Program-made: the position numbers and the translations under genes
Assembly: GCA_012439925.1 (NCBI GenBank)
Contig: GCA_012439925.1_4519.1
DNA from: a phage
DNA: 64,000 bases
Reading direction: 5' to 3' (one strand)
Notes under the pieces: model-generated
What the model was told of the DNA's origin: nothing
The model's input: only the letters and a program-made list of their open reading frames with translations
The model's database searches: none
In this document: positions 46,819 to 55,723 of the stretch, piece by piece
How positions within the stretch are numbered: the first letter of the stretch is position 1
How the letters are laid out: each line of letters opens with the position of its first letter

Positions 46819-47433
46819 ATGTTTAAAGTTAATACTTTTTATAAAATGAATTTTAAAAATGGGGATATTACTCCACGCCTTAAAAACATGTTCTCATATG
46901 ACCTTATCGAGCCTTTTGAAGTTTTAGAAGTTACTGATGCTGGCTCAGTTTGTGAAATTAGAACTTCTGAAGGTAAAATTTATCAGGCTGGTGTTGGTAA
47001 ATTCAGTAATTGTTTTACTTTAATATTCTCGACTGATTTAGATGAGCATTTTATTGAATGTCCTAACCCTAAGGTCCATGAAGTTCCACAACAAGAAACT
47101 AAGAAAAATGGCCCGCATGAATATACGAAGGTTGAAACTCCTCACGGCGATATGTGGCGTCATAACTCTCCTTTCGGAAGTAAAGGAACATTTGCTCAAC
47201 TGCCTAAACCGTATGACGATGAAAAATACATCGTCGCCTTTTTATCTGAACAGGGTACTCAAGACCGTGGATGTCAACGAAGTGGTTTACTAAGTGAACT
47301 TGAAGCTCATAACCAAGCACGTGAATTCGTTGAGAAAAATCCTGGTTCTGAAGCTCTAGTCATGAAAGCAATTACTCAATATATCACTGCTCAACCTGTT
47401 GTTCATCCGGTAGAAATTAATTTCATTAAGTAG
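46819..47433 (+). CDS. hypothetical protein
   Basis: Start trimmed to MFKVNTFYK (RBS GAGGAAA); 204 aa. Confidence 0.5.
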   Translation: MFKVNTFYKMNFKNGDITPRLKNMFSYDLIEPFEVLEVTDAGSVCEIRTSEGKIYQAGVGKFSNCFTLIFSTDLDEHFIECPNPKVHEVPQQETKKNGPHEYTKVETPHGDMWRHNSPFGSKGTFAQLPKPYDDEKYIVAFLSEQGTQDRGCQRSGLLSELEAHNQAREFVEKNPGSEALVMKAITQYITAQPVVHPVEINFIK

Positions 47434-47463
47434 TTTACATCCAAGGACGGATTAGAGTATAAT
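47434..47463 (+). promoter_or_regulatory. T4-type early promoter
   Basis: GTTTAC 47434-47439, 18-bp spacer, TATAAT 47458-47463; similar to the cassette at 353. Confidence 0.55.
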
Positions 47464-47487
47464 GATTTCTTTAGTAAGTGGAAAAAT

Positions 47488-47685
47488 ATGAAATTTTTAA
47501 TAGCACAAACAGTCCAATTAAAAGGTGTTGGAATTCCTGGGGTGATTTTTAAAGTTCTCCCTGAATTTAAAACCGCCGCTGGAATTATCAATGAAGCGTA
47601 TGCTGTTCAATGGGTTGATTGGACTTCTGACATACGTATGGGTAAAGAGTTATCTCCTATTAAAGGGTTGAAACATGTTGAATAA
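47488..47685 (+). CDS. hypothetical small protein
   Basis: 65-aa ORF. Confidence 0.4.
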   Translation: MKFLIAQTVQLKGVGIPGVIFKVLPEFKTAAGIINEAYAVQWVDWTSDIRMGKELSPIKGLKHVE

Positions 47686-47887
47686 ATTAATCCAGAAATT
47701 GTTAGGTATAGAAATGGTTGAAGTTACGTATCGTGTGACTGATGTAAGCCCATGGGCCCGAAAAGTTGAACCATATACTAAAACAATTAAAATGCTGAAA
47801 TATGACGGTGGATTATCTATCAAAGACCGTCTACCGGCTTATGGTCATTGGGCTGATGTTGAAATTATAAGTGTTAAAGATGTCTGA
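47675..47887 (+). CDS. hypothetical small protein
   Basis: 70-aa ORF overlapping its neighbours. Confidence 0.4.
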   Translation: MLNKLIQKLLGIEMVEVTYRVTDVSPWARKVEPYTKTIKMLKYDGGLSIKDRLPAYGHWADVEIISVKDV

Positions 47888-48338
47888 GTTAGAGATTAGA
47901 AGCAATTTTAGATGGCCGTCATGTGCATTAAGTAATTTTGCCCAGTGGCCTTTCGTTATGGATGGTATTCAATTCGGAGGTCTTGAAGGATTTCTCCAAG
48001 GATGTAAGGTGAAAAATGTTGAACAACAAAGACGTATATTTAGGCTGTCAGGACTGGCCGCACAGCAAGCTGGAAGGTCTTATGCAAGAGCTCAGGACCA
48101 TGGGACTCTCTTCTGGTTAGGAGTTCCATTTTCAAGATACTCTGAAGCATGGAAAGAATTATATACAAATGCATATTTTGAAGCAGCGATCCAAAACAAG
48201 GGGTTTCGCGATGCCTTACAAGCCTCTAAAGGAAAAATTTTGAAGCACAGCATGGCCAGCCACCTAACAAAAGATGATACAATATTAACTGAAGCTGAAT
48301 TTATTGATGTGTTAAACCTATTAAGAGACTCTTTATGA
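47871..48338 (+). CDS. NADAR (YbiA/DUF1768-like) domain protein
   Basis: 155 aa; LSNFAQWPFVMDG...GLEGFLQ resembles the E. coli YbiA core FSNFAAWPIKVDG...SEHYFQ. Confidence 0.5.
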   Translation: MLKMSELEIRSNFRWPSCALSNFAQWPFVMDGIQFGGLEGFLQGCKVKNVEQQRRIFRLSGLAAQQAGRSYARAQDHGTLFWLGVPFSRYSEAWKELYTNAYFEAAIQNKGFRDALQASKGKILKHSMASHLTKDDTILTEAEFIDVLNLLRDSL

Positions 48339-49159
48339 AGCCTACTATTTTGACTGATATTGATGGTGTATGTTTAAGCTGGCAATCTGGACTTCCTTAT
48401 TTTGCCCAAAAATATAATCTTCCATTAGAACATATTTTAAAAATGATTCAGGACGAAAAATTTATTTCTCCTGGTAAACTATTCAATACCGATGATAACC
48501 TCGGTAAACAATTAATAGAAAAATATAATCGCTCTGATTTTATTCGTTACTTAGCGCCTTATTCGGATGCTCTTCGAGTTATCAATAAACTAAAAGAAGA
48601 CTATAATTTTGTAGCCGTGACGGCGCTAGGTGATTCAATTGATGCTCGATTGAATAGACAATTTAATTTGAATGCTTTGTTCCCAGGCGCTTTCTCTGAA
48701 GTAATGATGTGTGGTCATGATTCTTCAAAGGAACAATTATTCGAACTAGCTAAAACAAAATACAACGTGATTTGTTACGTTGACGATTTAGCTCATCACT
48801 GTGACCATGCGGCAGAAATTCTTAATGTACCGATTTATTGGTTGGCTCGTGGTGAACGTGATGCTATTCCTCGTACTGCACAACGTGTACACACGTGGGA
48901 TGATATTGAATCTCGTTTGGTTCTGCCTAAGAATAATTCAGATTCAGATCGTGAAGACCTTTTAAAACGATTGGCGGATTTGCTTAAAGAATCTGGTGCA
49001 ACAAGTCCAGGTGCATGGCCTAATCAAATTGGTGGCCCCTCGACAACACGTACTCCATATACCTGGCGAACCCCAGGACCAACTGATATGCAGCCGTGGT
49101 GGACGATTCAAAACTTTCCTTTAGATTCGTCTAAATGGACTTGGTCTATAAATTGTTAA
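48335..49159 (+). CDS. HAD-superfamily hydrolase, possible 5'(3')-deoxyribonucleotidase, with unusual C-terminal extension
   Basis: 274 aa; HAD motif I ILTDIDGV and motif IV-like CYVDDL; C-terminal 80 aa are low-complexity and W/P-rich. Confidence 0.5.
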   Translation: MKPTILTDIDGVCLSWQSGLPYFAQKYNLPLEHILKMIQDEKFISPGKLFNTDDNLGKQLIEKYNRSDFIRYLAPYSDALRVINKLKEDYNFVAVTALGDSIDARLNRQFNLNALFPGAFSEVMMCGHDSSKEQLFELAKTKYNVICYVDDLAHHCDHAAEILNVPIYWLARGERDAIPRTAQRVHTWDDIESRLVLPKNNSDSDREDLLKRLADLLKESGATSPGAWPNQIGGPSTTRTPYTWRTPGPTDMQPWWTIQNFPLDSSKWTWSINC

Positions 49160-49168
49160 GGGTTAATT

Positions 49169-49438
49169 ATGTTTGTAGTTCATGATATTACAGATGGCAA
49201 AAATACCACACGTGACTACGGTCACGTTAACATGTTCTTTCGAGACTGGCCGGTGTTTCGTTCAGTAAAAGACGCAGAAATATTTAAAGAGTGTGTTGAA
49301 CAAGGGTTCATCTACATTTCAGAATATTATGTTGAAGGACTCGGTAAATGGATTACCACTTATCAGAAAACGCTGAAATCGCTTCTAGATGAAGTGGCTT
49401 ATAATAGAACCGTAACCAAAATCGAGGATATCAAATGA
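49169..49438 (+). CDS. hypothetical protein (30.x-like)
   Basis: 89-aa ORF whose stop overlaps the ligase start. Confidence 0.45.
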   Translation: MFVVHDITDGKNTTRDYGHVNMFFRDWPVFRSVKDAEIFKECVEQGFIYISEYYVEGLGKWITTYQKTLKSLLDEVAYNRTVTKIEDIK

Positions 49439-50928
49439 TTTTAGATATTTTAAACCAAATAGCTGCGATCGGTTCTACTAAAACAAAACAAGAAATCCTT
49501 AAGAAAAATAAGGACAACAAATTACTTGAACGTGTGTATCGTTTAACATATGCACGTGGTATCCAGTATTATATTAAGAAATGGCCAGGACCAGGTGAAA
49601 GGTCCCAAGCGTATGGTCTTCTTGAATTAGATGACATGTTGGATTTTATTGAGTTCACATTGGCCACTCGTAAACTCACCGGTAATGCTGCAATTAAAGA
49701 GCTCATGGGTTATATCGCTGATGGTAAACCTGATGATGTAGAAGTCCTTCGTCGTGTAATGATGCGCGACCTTGAAGTAGGTGCTTCAGTGTCTATCGCG
49801 AATAAGGTGTGGCCTGGACTTATTCAATTGCAACCACAGATGTTAGCATCTGCATATGACGAGAAATTGATTACTAAAAATATTAAATGGCCTGCATTTG
49901 CTCAATTAAAAGCAGATGGTGCTCGTTGTTTCGCTGAAGTTCGCGATGATGGTGTTCAATTCTTTTCTCGTGCCGGTAACGAATATCATGGTCTTACTCT
50001 ATTAGCGGATGAACTAATGGAAATGACTAAAGAAGCTCGTGAAAGACACCCTAATGGGGTTTTAATCGATGGTGAATTAGTTTATCATTCATTTGATATT
50101 AAAAAGGCTGTGAGCTCAGGAAATGACCTGTCGTTCTTATTTGGTGATAATGAAGAATCCGAAGAAGTACAAGTTGCAGACCGTAGCACTTCAAATGGTT
50201 TAGCAAATAAATCTCTTCAAGGGACTATTTCTCCTAAAGAAGCGGAAGGTATGGTTCTTCAAGCCTGGGACTATGTTCCTTTAGATGAAGTCTATTCTGA
50301 TGGCAAAATTAAAGGTCAGAAATACGATGTTCGTTTTGCTGCTCTTGAAAATATGGCTGAAGGCTTTAAGCGAATTGAACCAATTGAAAATCAGTTAGTT
50401 CGTAATCTTGACGAAGCTAAAGTGGTTTATAAAAAATATGTTGACCAAGGTCTTGAAGGTATTATCCTTAAAAACCGTGATTCATATTGGGAAAACAAAC
50501 GCTCTAAGAACCTAATTAAATTTAAAGAAGTTATTGATATCGCTTTAGAAGTTGTAGGATACTATGAACACTCTAAAGACCCTAACAAATTAGGTGGTGT
50601 CGAACTCGTATCACGTTGTCGTCGTATTACAACCGATTGTGGTTCAGGGTTTAAAGATACAACTCATAAAACAGTTGACGGTGTAAAGGTTCTTATTCCT
50701 TTAGACGAGCGTCATGATTTAGACCGTGAACGATTAATGACCGAAGCTCGTGAAGGTAAATTAATTGGACGTATCGCTGATTGTGAATGTAATGGTTGGG
50801 TTCATTCTAAAGGCCGTGAAGGTACTGTAGGTATTTTCCTTCCAATTATTAAAGGGTTCCGTTTTGATAAAACAGAAGCGGATTCATTTGAAGACGTATT
50901 TGGACCGTGGTCCCAGACAGGTTTATAA
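49435..50928 (+). CDS. 30: ATP-dependent DNA ligase
   Basis: 497 aa (T4 ligase 487 aa); adenylation motif region KADGARC; N-terminus matches T4 gp30 as recalled. Confidence 0.95.
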   Translation: MILDILNQIAAIGSTKTKQEILKKNKDNKLLERVYRLTYARGIQYYIKKWPGPGERSQAYGLLELDDMLDFIEFTLATRKLTGNAAIKELMGYIADGKPDDVEVLRRVMMRDLEVGASVSIANKVWPGLIQLQPQMLASAYDEKLITKNIKWPAFAQLKADGARCFAEVRDDGVQFFSRAGNEYHGLTLLADELMEMTKEARERHPNGVLIDGELVYHSFDIKKAVSSGNDLSFLFGDNEESEEVQVADRSTSNGLANKSLQGTISPKEAEGMVLQAWDYVPLDEVYSDGKIKGQKYDVRFAALENMAEGFKRIEPIENQLVRNLDEAKVVYKKYVDQGLEGIILKNRDSYWENKRSKNLIKFKEVIDIALEVVGYYEHSKDPNKLGGVELVSRCRRITTDCGSGFKDTTHKTVDGVKVLIPLDERHDLDRERLMTEAREGKLIGRIADCECNGWVHSKGREGTVGIFLPIIKGFRFDKTEADSFEDVFGPWSQTGL

Positions 50929-51116
50929 TGAAAGCTTATTTAGAAACAGTTATTGTAGCTAAGAAGGATGGTGGAGATGTTTCCACCTCTTGCTCTCAGA
51001 TTATATTAGATTTTCCTAATAACGATTCCTATAATATTTTTATGGACAATTTTGATAAGTACGAAAAAGGCCCTAATTTTGAAGTTTATCGTACTTTGCT
51101 TCCGATTGTGGATTAA
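50928..51116 (+). CDS. hypothetical small protein
   Basis: 62 aa from ATG overlapping the ligase stop (TAATG); followed by a terminator. Confidence 0.4.
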   Translation: MKAYLETVIVAKKDGGDVSTSCSQIILDFPNNDSYNIFMDNFDKYEKGPNFEVYRTLLPIVD

Positions 51117-51137
51117 GAGCCTTCGGGCTCTTTTTGG
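51116..51137 (+). terminator. intrinsic terminator
   Basis: GAGCCttcgGGCTC followed by TTTTT. Confidence 0.65.
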
Positions 51138-51151
51138 CATAAATATAAATT
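51138..51151 (+). promoter_or_regulatory. late promoter-like element upstream of alt
   Basis: CATAAATATAAATT contains near-consensus TATAAATA variants about 20-30 bp upstream of the alt ATG. Confidence 0.35.
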
Positions 51152-51171
51152 ATTACTAAAAGGAAAACACT

Positions 51172-53259
51172 ATGTCTGAACAAATAAACGAAGTGTTTGA
51201 ATCTGAAGGCAGTCTTCCTGTCGTCAATTTGAACCCTAAAGCTAAAGTTCCACAAGTCTGGAAAATTGGTGATATCGATACAAATATTGTAGTTCGTTTA
51301 TTCTCTTACCTTTCCGAAGGCGATGCTGTAAAACAAGTTAAACTCGGCGACAAATACGCTCATGTTGTTATTATGAGTCTGTCTGAAAAGGGTAATCTCG
51401 CTGAATTGAAAAATGGCCTTGGTCCTGCTCCTATTGATGCAATCAACACCATTTTCAATACAGTATATGAACAGGTTAAAGCTCTTCGTATGGATGCAGT
51501 TTTGTTCCGATTCCCTACCAAGAAATTGAAAGGACGTGGACAACAACTTCAAACTCTTCTTGCTCGTTTAGTTTCTACTAAAACTGGTGGTCGTTTTAAA
51601 GTATTGTCTGCAATGTATCAATTCACAGGTAAACACACATATGTGATGATGGTTCGTAAAAATGCCAACATTGAAGATATTAAAGGCATCCCTAACATTA
51701 ACACAGAGTTGTACACGAAAGTAGATTCTGATGTTGGTGAAGTTTATGTGAGTAAAAAGACTGGCGAAAAGGTCACCAAAGAAACGGCTATCGCTGGTTC
51801 TATTGCTGCTGTAGAAGAAAAACGTAAAGATAAGCCTGTTATTGCTCGTACTAAAATTTCTCGTCGCGCTATTGCCGCAAGTCAATCTTTAGAAGCTGAC
51901 CGCCAAGAAGGTGAGCTATTCCAGAAATACGAAAATTCTGCTAAAGAAGTTAGTGGCCCAGCTACAGCTGAATTACTTCCTGAAGCATATGAAATCGTAC
52001 TAGCCCAAGCATCGTCTACAGCAAAAGGCACTTTAGTTGCTGATATCGAAAATAAGATTTATAATCGTATTGATGAATCCTTTAGATTTGCTGATGAAGT
52101 TTCTTATGGTAGTGTTATTAAGCCGACTTTAGAAAAGTTTGCTAAGAAAATTAAAACCGAAAAAACAACATCTGTTAAAGCATTAGCTGCTTTTGTTGAA
52201 GCTGCAAACGAAATTGCAGACTCTATTAGAGACGAATGGTTTGAAGATTTTAGACGAGATAATTTCCAACTGGCTGATGACGTTTTAGCTGAAGTATCTG
52301 AAAAAACTTGGAAACAACGTAAATCAGCGTTCTTGACTAATGTGATGTATACTTATGCACGAGAATCGGCCAGAGGCACCTTTAATATAACAATGAATCG
52401 GGACCCTAAACAATACTCTATTGCCGAAAAACGAGCTATTCGTGAATATGCCTCTTCTGCATATACTGATATCAATAATATGTTGTTAGGACGTTATAAA
52501 CCGGATTTTTATGATGTTGCAGATGAAGATGAAGTTAAACGCGCTATTGATGGTCTTGATTCGGCGTTTTTAAATGGAGACCGTTTACCTGAAGGACTAA
52601 CGTTGTATAGAGCTCAGTCTATCAGAATGCCTATTTACGAAGCAATGGTTAAAAATAAGGTATTCTACTTCAGAAACTATGTTTCTACTTCACTAGCTCC
52701 TATTATTTTCGGCGGGTTTAAAGAGAACGTTGCCCTTGGACTTGCTCCTGAAGAAGTTCGCAAAGAGCTTAACATTGACAATAATGACGAAGGTGTTACT
52801 ATTTCTCCTAGTCAAGTAAGAACAGCTATGTATGCACCAGAACAAATCCGTGTTAACGTTGGATGGGCTATTGACGGCGCCCATAAAGTTAACGTGATTT
52901 ATCCAGGACAGTTGAGTAATCACCCTAATGAGCAAGAAATTATTTTGCCTAGAGGCATTCTCTTGCAGATAAATAAAATTACAGATGCGTCATCTGACAC
53001 TGGTGCAGGTTTAGAATCCAACCTTAAATTTATTCAAGCTGAAGTCATGTCCTCAGACCAGTTGGATGAAGCTGTCATTTACGATGGTGATGTTCTCATG
53101 GAAACAGGCGAGGTGGTTGCTATGACTGGTGAAATCGAATCGGATGAGCCGGTATCGTTCTCCTCATTTGTAGAAAAAACTAGTGCTCCTAAAGGATTGA
53201 AACTGTTAGCATCTTTAATGGATTTAGAATCGGTTCCGTTTAAATTTGTTCAAGGATAG
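51172..53259 (+). CDS. alt: Alt ADP-ribosyltransferase (virion-packaged)
   Basis: 695 aa (T4 Alt 682 aa); similarity to T4 Alt over the N-terminal half as recalled; ART-like C-terminal region. Confidence 0.85.
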   Translation: MSEQINEVFESEGSLPVVNLNPKAKVPQVWKIGDIDTNIVVRLFSYLSEGDAVKQVKLGDKYAHVVIMSLSEKGNLAELKNGLGPAPIDAINTIFNTVYEQVKALRMDAVLFRFPTKKLKGRGQQLQTLLARLVSTKTGGRFKVLSAMYQFTGKHTYVMMVRKNANIEDIKGIPNINTELYTKVDSDVGEVYVSKKTGEKVTKETAIAGSIAAVEEKRKDKPVIARTKISRRAIAASQSLEADRQEGELFQKYENSAKEVSGPATAELLPEAYEIVLAQASSTAKGTLVADIENKIYNRIDESFRFADEVSYGSVIKPTLEKFAKKIKTEKTTSVKALAAFVEAANEIADSIRDEWFEDFRRDNFQLADDVLAEVSEKTWKQRKSAFLTNVMYTYARESARGTFNITMNRDPKQYSIAEKRAIREYASSAYTDINNMLLGRYKPDFYDVADEDEVKRAIDGLDSAFLNGDRLPEGLTLYRAQSIRMPIYEAMVKNKVFYFRNYVSTSLAPIIFGGFKENVALGLAPEEVRKELNIDNNDEGVTISPSQVRTAMYAPEQIRVNVGWAIDGAHKVNVIYPGQLSNHPNEQEIILPRGILLQINKITDASSDTGAGLESNLKFIQAEVMSSDQLDEAVIYDGDVLMETGEVVAMTGEIESDEPVSFSSFVEKTSAPKGLKLLASLMDLESVPFKFVQG

Positions 53260-53288
53260 TTTACAAGCACATGGATGTGTGATACTAT
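53259..53288 (+). promoter_or_regulatory. T4-type early promoter
   Basis: GTTTAC 53259-53264, 18-bp spacer, TACTAT 53283-53288. Confidence 0.55.
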
Positions 53289-53317
53289 CATCCTATCAAC
53301 AACATGAGGAAAACGTT

Positions 53318-53611
53318 ATGAAATCTATGCTTCGCTTTAATGGTCAAGAACTAGTAGTTGAAGATGCTATCCCAGCGGATGATGTTTTTAACGAAGCTGT
53401 GATTGACGAATTGAATCGAGTATTCCCAGGTGCATTCCATATTGCTATGGAACCTCTTAAAAACTTTCGTGACCCTGAACACACTGATCAAATTTTTATC
53501 GGTGTACTGACAGGTCATTTAGAAACAGAGGTACCAATGGTCGTATTAGTTAAATACTCTAAAGATGATACTCCATTCCGAGCACCAGCATTTCTTTCAT
53601 TCCGTAAATAA
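53318..53611 (+). CDS. hypothetical protein
   Basis: Start trimmed to MKSMLRFNG (RBS GAGGAAA); 97 aa; followed by a terminator. Confidence 0.5.
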   Translation: MKSMLRFNGQELVVEDAIPADDVFNEAVIDELNRVFPGAFHIAMEPLKNFRDPEHTDQIFIGVLTGHLETEVPMVVLVKYSKDDTPFRAPAFLSFRK

Positions 53612-53620
53612 ACCCCTAAA

Positions 53621-53645
53621 GGGAGACGTTGTCTCCCTTTTTCTT
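53621..53645. terminator. bidirectional stem-loop terminator between convergent genes
   Basis: GGGAGACgttGTCTCCC followed by TTTTT on plus strand; lies between plus-strand ORF 53318-53611 and the minus-strand gene 54 end. Confidence 0.6.
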
Positions 53646-54606
53646 ATAGACCTAAAACTCTTGATGTAGAATTCACCATACCTGTCATTGTGTTTATATT
53701 AGACACACCTCCAGCAGTCCCACCTAATCTAGAAAGTCTTGATACTGCACTTCCTAGCCCAGAATCATTTTGATTATTCCCAAACATTCCTGAAACACTA
53801 CTAATAAGTCCTGATTCCAGCCATTCTAAAGCGGCCTGTCTATTTACAGCACCTGATTGCATAACGCGATAAGCAAATGTTACGTCAAAAACTGTTATCT
53901 GATTATCACCATCATACGTTAACTCAGGAGAAGAGACACTAACAGGAATACATCCAGTGAACATGACGGCGGTATGTGGTAAACCATTTCGTGCATGTAA
54001 ATTAACCTGAATATCTGCTTCGACGTCTTGTGGTAAAGCACGAAGACCTGTTACAGGGTCTTGGACAGAGTTTACCCAGTCTTGCATTGCTCTAAAGTTA
54101 GATGCTTCGGAATCCATTCTAAAGCTTATTACTAACGGGTCCATTTCACGACCGGTAATTCGGATGTTCGGTGAGTTATAGTTGAAATCTGTTTCATAAG
54201 ATAATCGGTTCTCAGGCATTTTTACAGAATAAATCATTAAACCTGTATTATTATATGCCATATTGAAGAAGTCTATCAGATAAGCTCCTACTGTGAACTC
54301 ACCTAACAAGCTTTGTACCGTACGTTGACTCATTGCTCCAATCAGATATTTACTTACACCTGATTTTCGAATTAATTTTTGTGTTCCTGCTGTAATCAGG
54401 GTTGTTACGCCCTGATTGATATCACCTTGAGTCAAGCCTAGCCAATCGGAATCCAACCCTAAGTTATTATAAGCAAAACTACCAATTGACGAAATTAGTG
54501 AAGACGATTTGGTCGACGGTGTAGTAGCAAATACACAACTAAACATATTGTTTCGTTGGAAATCTGCATTTATAGCTTGGTTATTAAATTCTTCTAAAGA
54601 GTACAT
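53644..54606 (-). CDS. 54: baseplate tail-tube initiator
   Basis: 320 aa as in T4 gp54; synteny 29-48-54. Confidence 0.85.
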   Translation of the reverse strand: MYSLEEFNNQAINADFQRNNMFSCVFATTPSTKSSSLISSIGSFAYNNLGLDSDWLGLTQGDINQGVTTLITAGTQKLIRKSGVSKYLIGAMSQRTVQSLLGEFTVGAYLIDFFNMAYNNTGLMIYSVKMPENRLSYETDFNYNSPNIRITGREMDPLVISFRMDSEASNFRAMQDWVNSVQDPVTGLRALPQDVEADIQVNLHARNGLPHTAVMFTGCIPVSVSSPELTYDGDNQITVFDVTFAYRVMQSGAVNRQAALEWLESGLISSVSGMFGNNQNDSGLGSAVSRLSRLGGTAGGVSNINTMTGMVNSTSRVLGL

Positions 54607-55715
54607 TAGAAAGTCCCCGCATAAAGTGAAGAACGGTTTAATGTAATAATTTCTCGCATTGTTATCTCTAACGTAAATGTTGATGGTAAGTTAGGAGCAA
54701 CGGCGAGACCATTAAATTGTCCATTTGGAGTTTTATCAAAACGTACGCTTTGAATTTGACATGGGCCAAATACATCAGTTAACCCGTCAAATTTAGATGT
54801 GTGTCCAAAGTTTTTAACCATCCAAATCGTAGGGTTGCTTACAACTAATACATTTGTTAATGACGCAGTAATCTTTTCAAATAATGTCTTATTTTTTACA
54901 GCATCGTCTGGTGTCATAGGCTCAATAAACGTTGAACGGTACCATTCGTCTAAATAACTTTTAATCTCTTGGGCGTATTGTGATTTACCAGTCTCACCAT
55001 AAGAGAAATAGTTAAAATACTGGTAAATGTTTATAATAGCCATAAGGTCTTCAGTTGAACGTGGAGTTAAATCCCATGTAAAGACTTTAGTACGGTTCTC
55101 AGCCCCGCCATACATACTACGAGAAGTCGTATAAATCTGTTCGTTATTATCGGCCATAAGCCCTTGAGTAATAGAATCTAATGCACCAAAAACTGCAGTA
55201 GAAGCAATGTTACTTAAAACACCTGTAGCAGTACCTCCACCTTTAGTAATAAGGCTATCACCGATATCATTAAAACGATGTGAAGTTGTATCAACGTCAG
55301 ATTTGGAACGTGGCAAAAGGATATTGGCAACAGGAGTTTTATTTATAGTAGATTTATTAGCTCCAGCAGGAAGCAATCCATTTGAGAATTTAGTCACTGC
55401 ATCTTTCACATTATCAGTTAAATCTGATATGATACCATTAGATGAAGTCCCGGCGTATGCCGGACGTAAATTTCTTAGGGATCCTGAATCGCGTGCAGAC
55501 ATATTGTACGCGGTAAATAATAATCCGTTCTTATAAAGGTCTGTTACCTGGAAGTCTCCTGTGGAGTCATTTCCGGCTGCTCTTCCTGTAGGAAATTGAG
55601 CAACATAAGTTTTAGTAGTTGTTTCGGTTTTAGTGCTTTGCCCAGCACTTTCTGAGACTGGGATTGCTTTATTTAAATCCTTTGCATCTACTACTATTTC
55701 TTTTACACTAATCAT
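54606..55715 (-). CDS. 48: baseplate tail-tube junction protein
   Basis: 369 aa (T4 gp48 364 aa); synteny. Confidence 0.85.
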   Translation of the reverse strand: MISVKEIVVDAKDLNKAIPVSESAGQSTKTETTTKTYVAQFPTGRAAGNDSTGDFQVTDLYKNGLLFTAYNMSARDSGSLRNLRPAYAGTSSNGIISDLTDNVKDAVTKFSNGLLPAGANKSTINKTPVANILLPRSKSDVDTTSHRFNDIGDSLITKGGGTATGVLSNIASTAVFGALDSITQGLMADNNEQIYTTSRSMYGGAENRTKVFTWDLTPRSTEDLMAIINIYQYFNYFSYGETGKSQYAQEIKSYLDEWYRSTFIEPMTPDDAVKNKTLFEKITASLTNVLVVSNPTIWMVKNFGHTSKFDGLTDVFGPCQIQSVRFDKTPNGQFNGLAVAPNLPSTFTLEITMREIITLNRSSLYAGTF

Positions 55716-55723
55716 AATAATCC

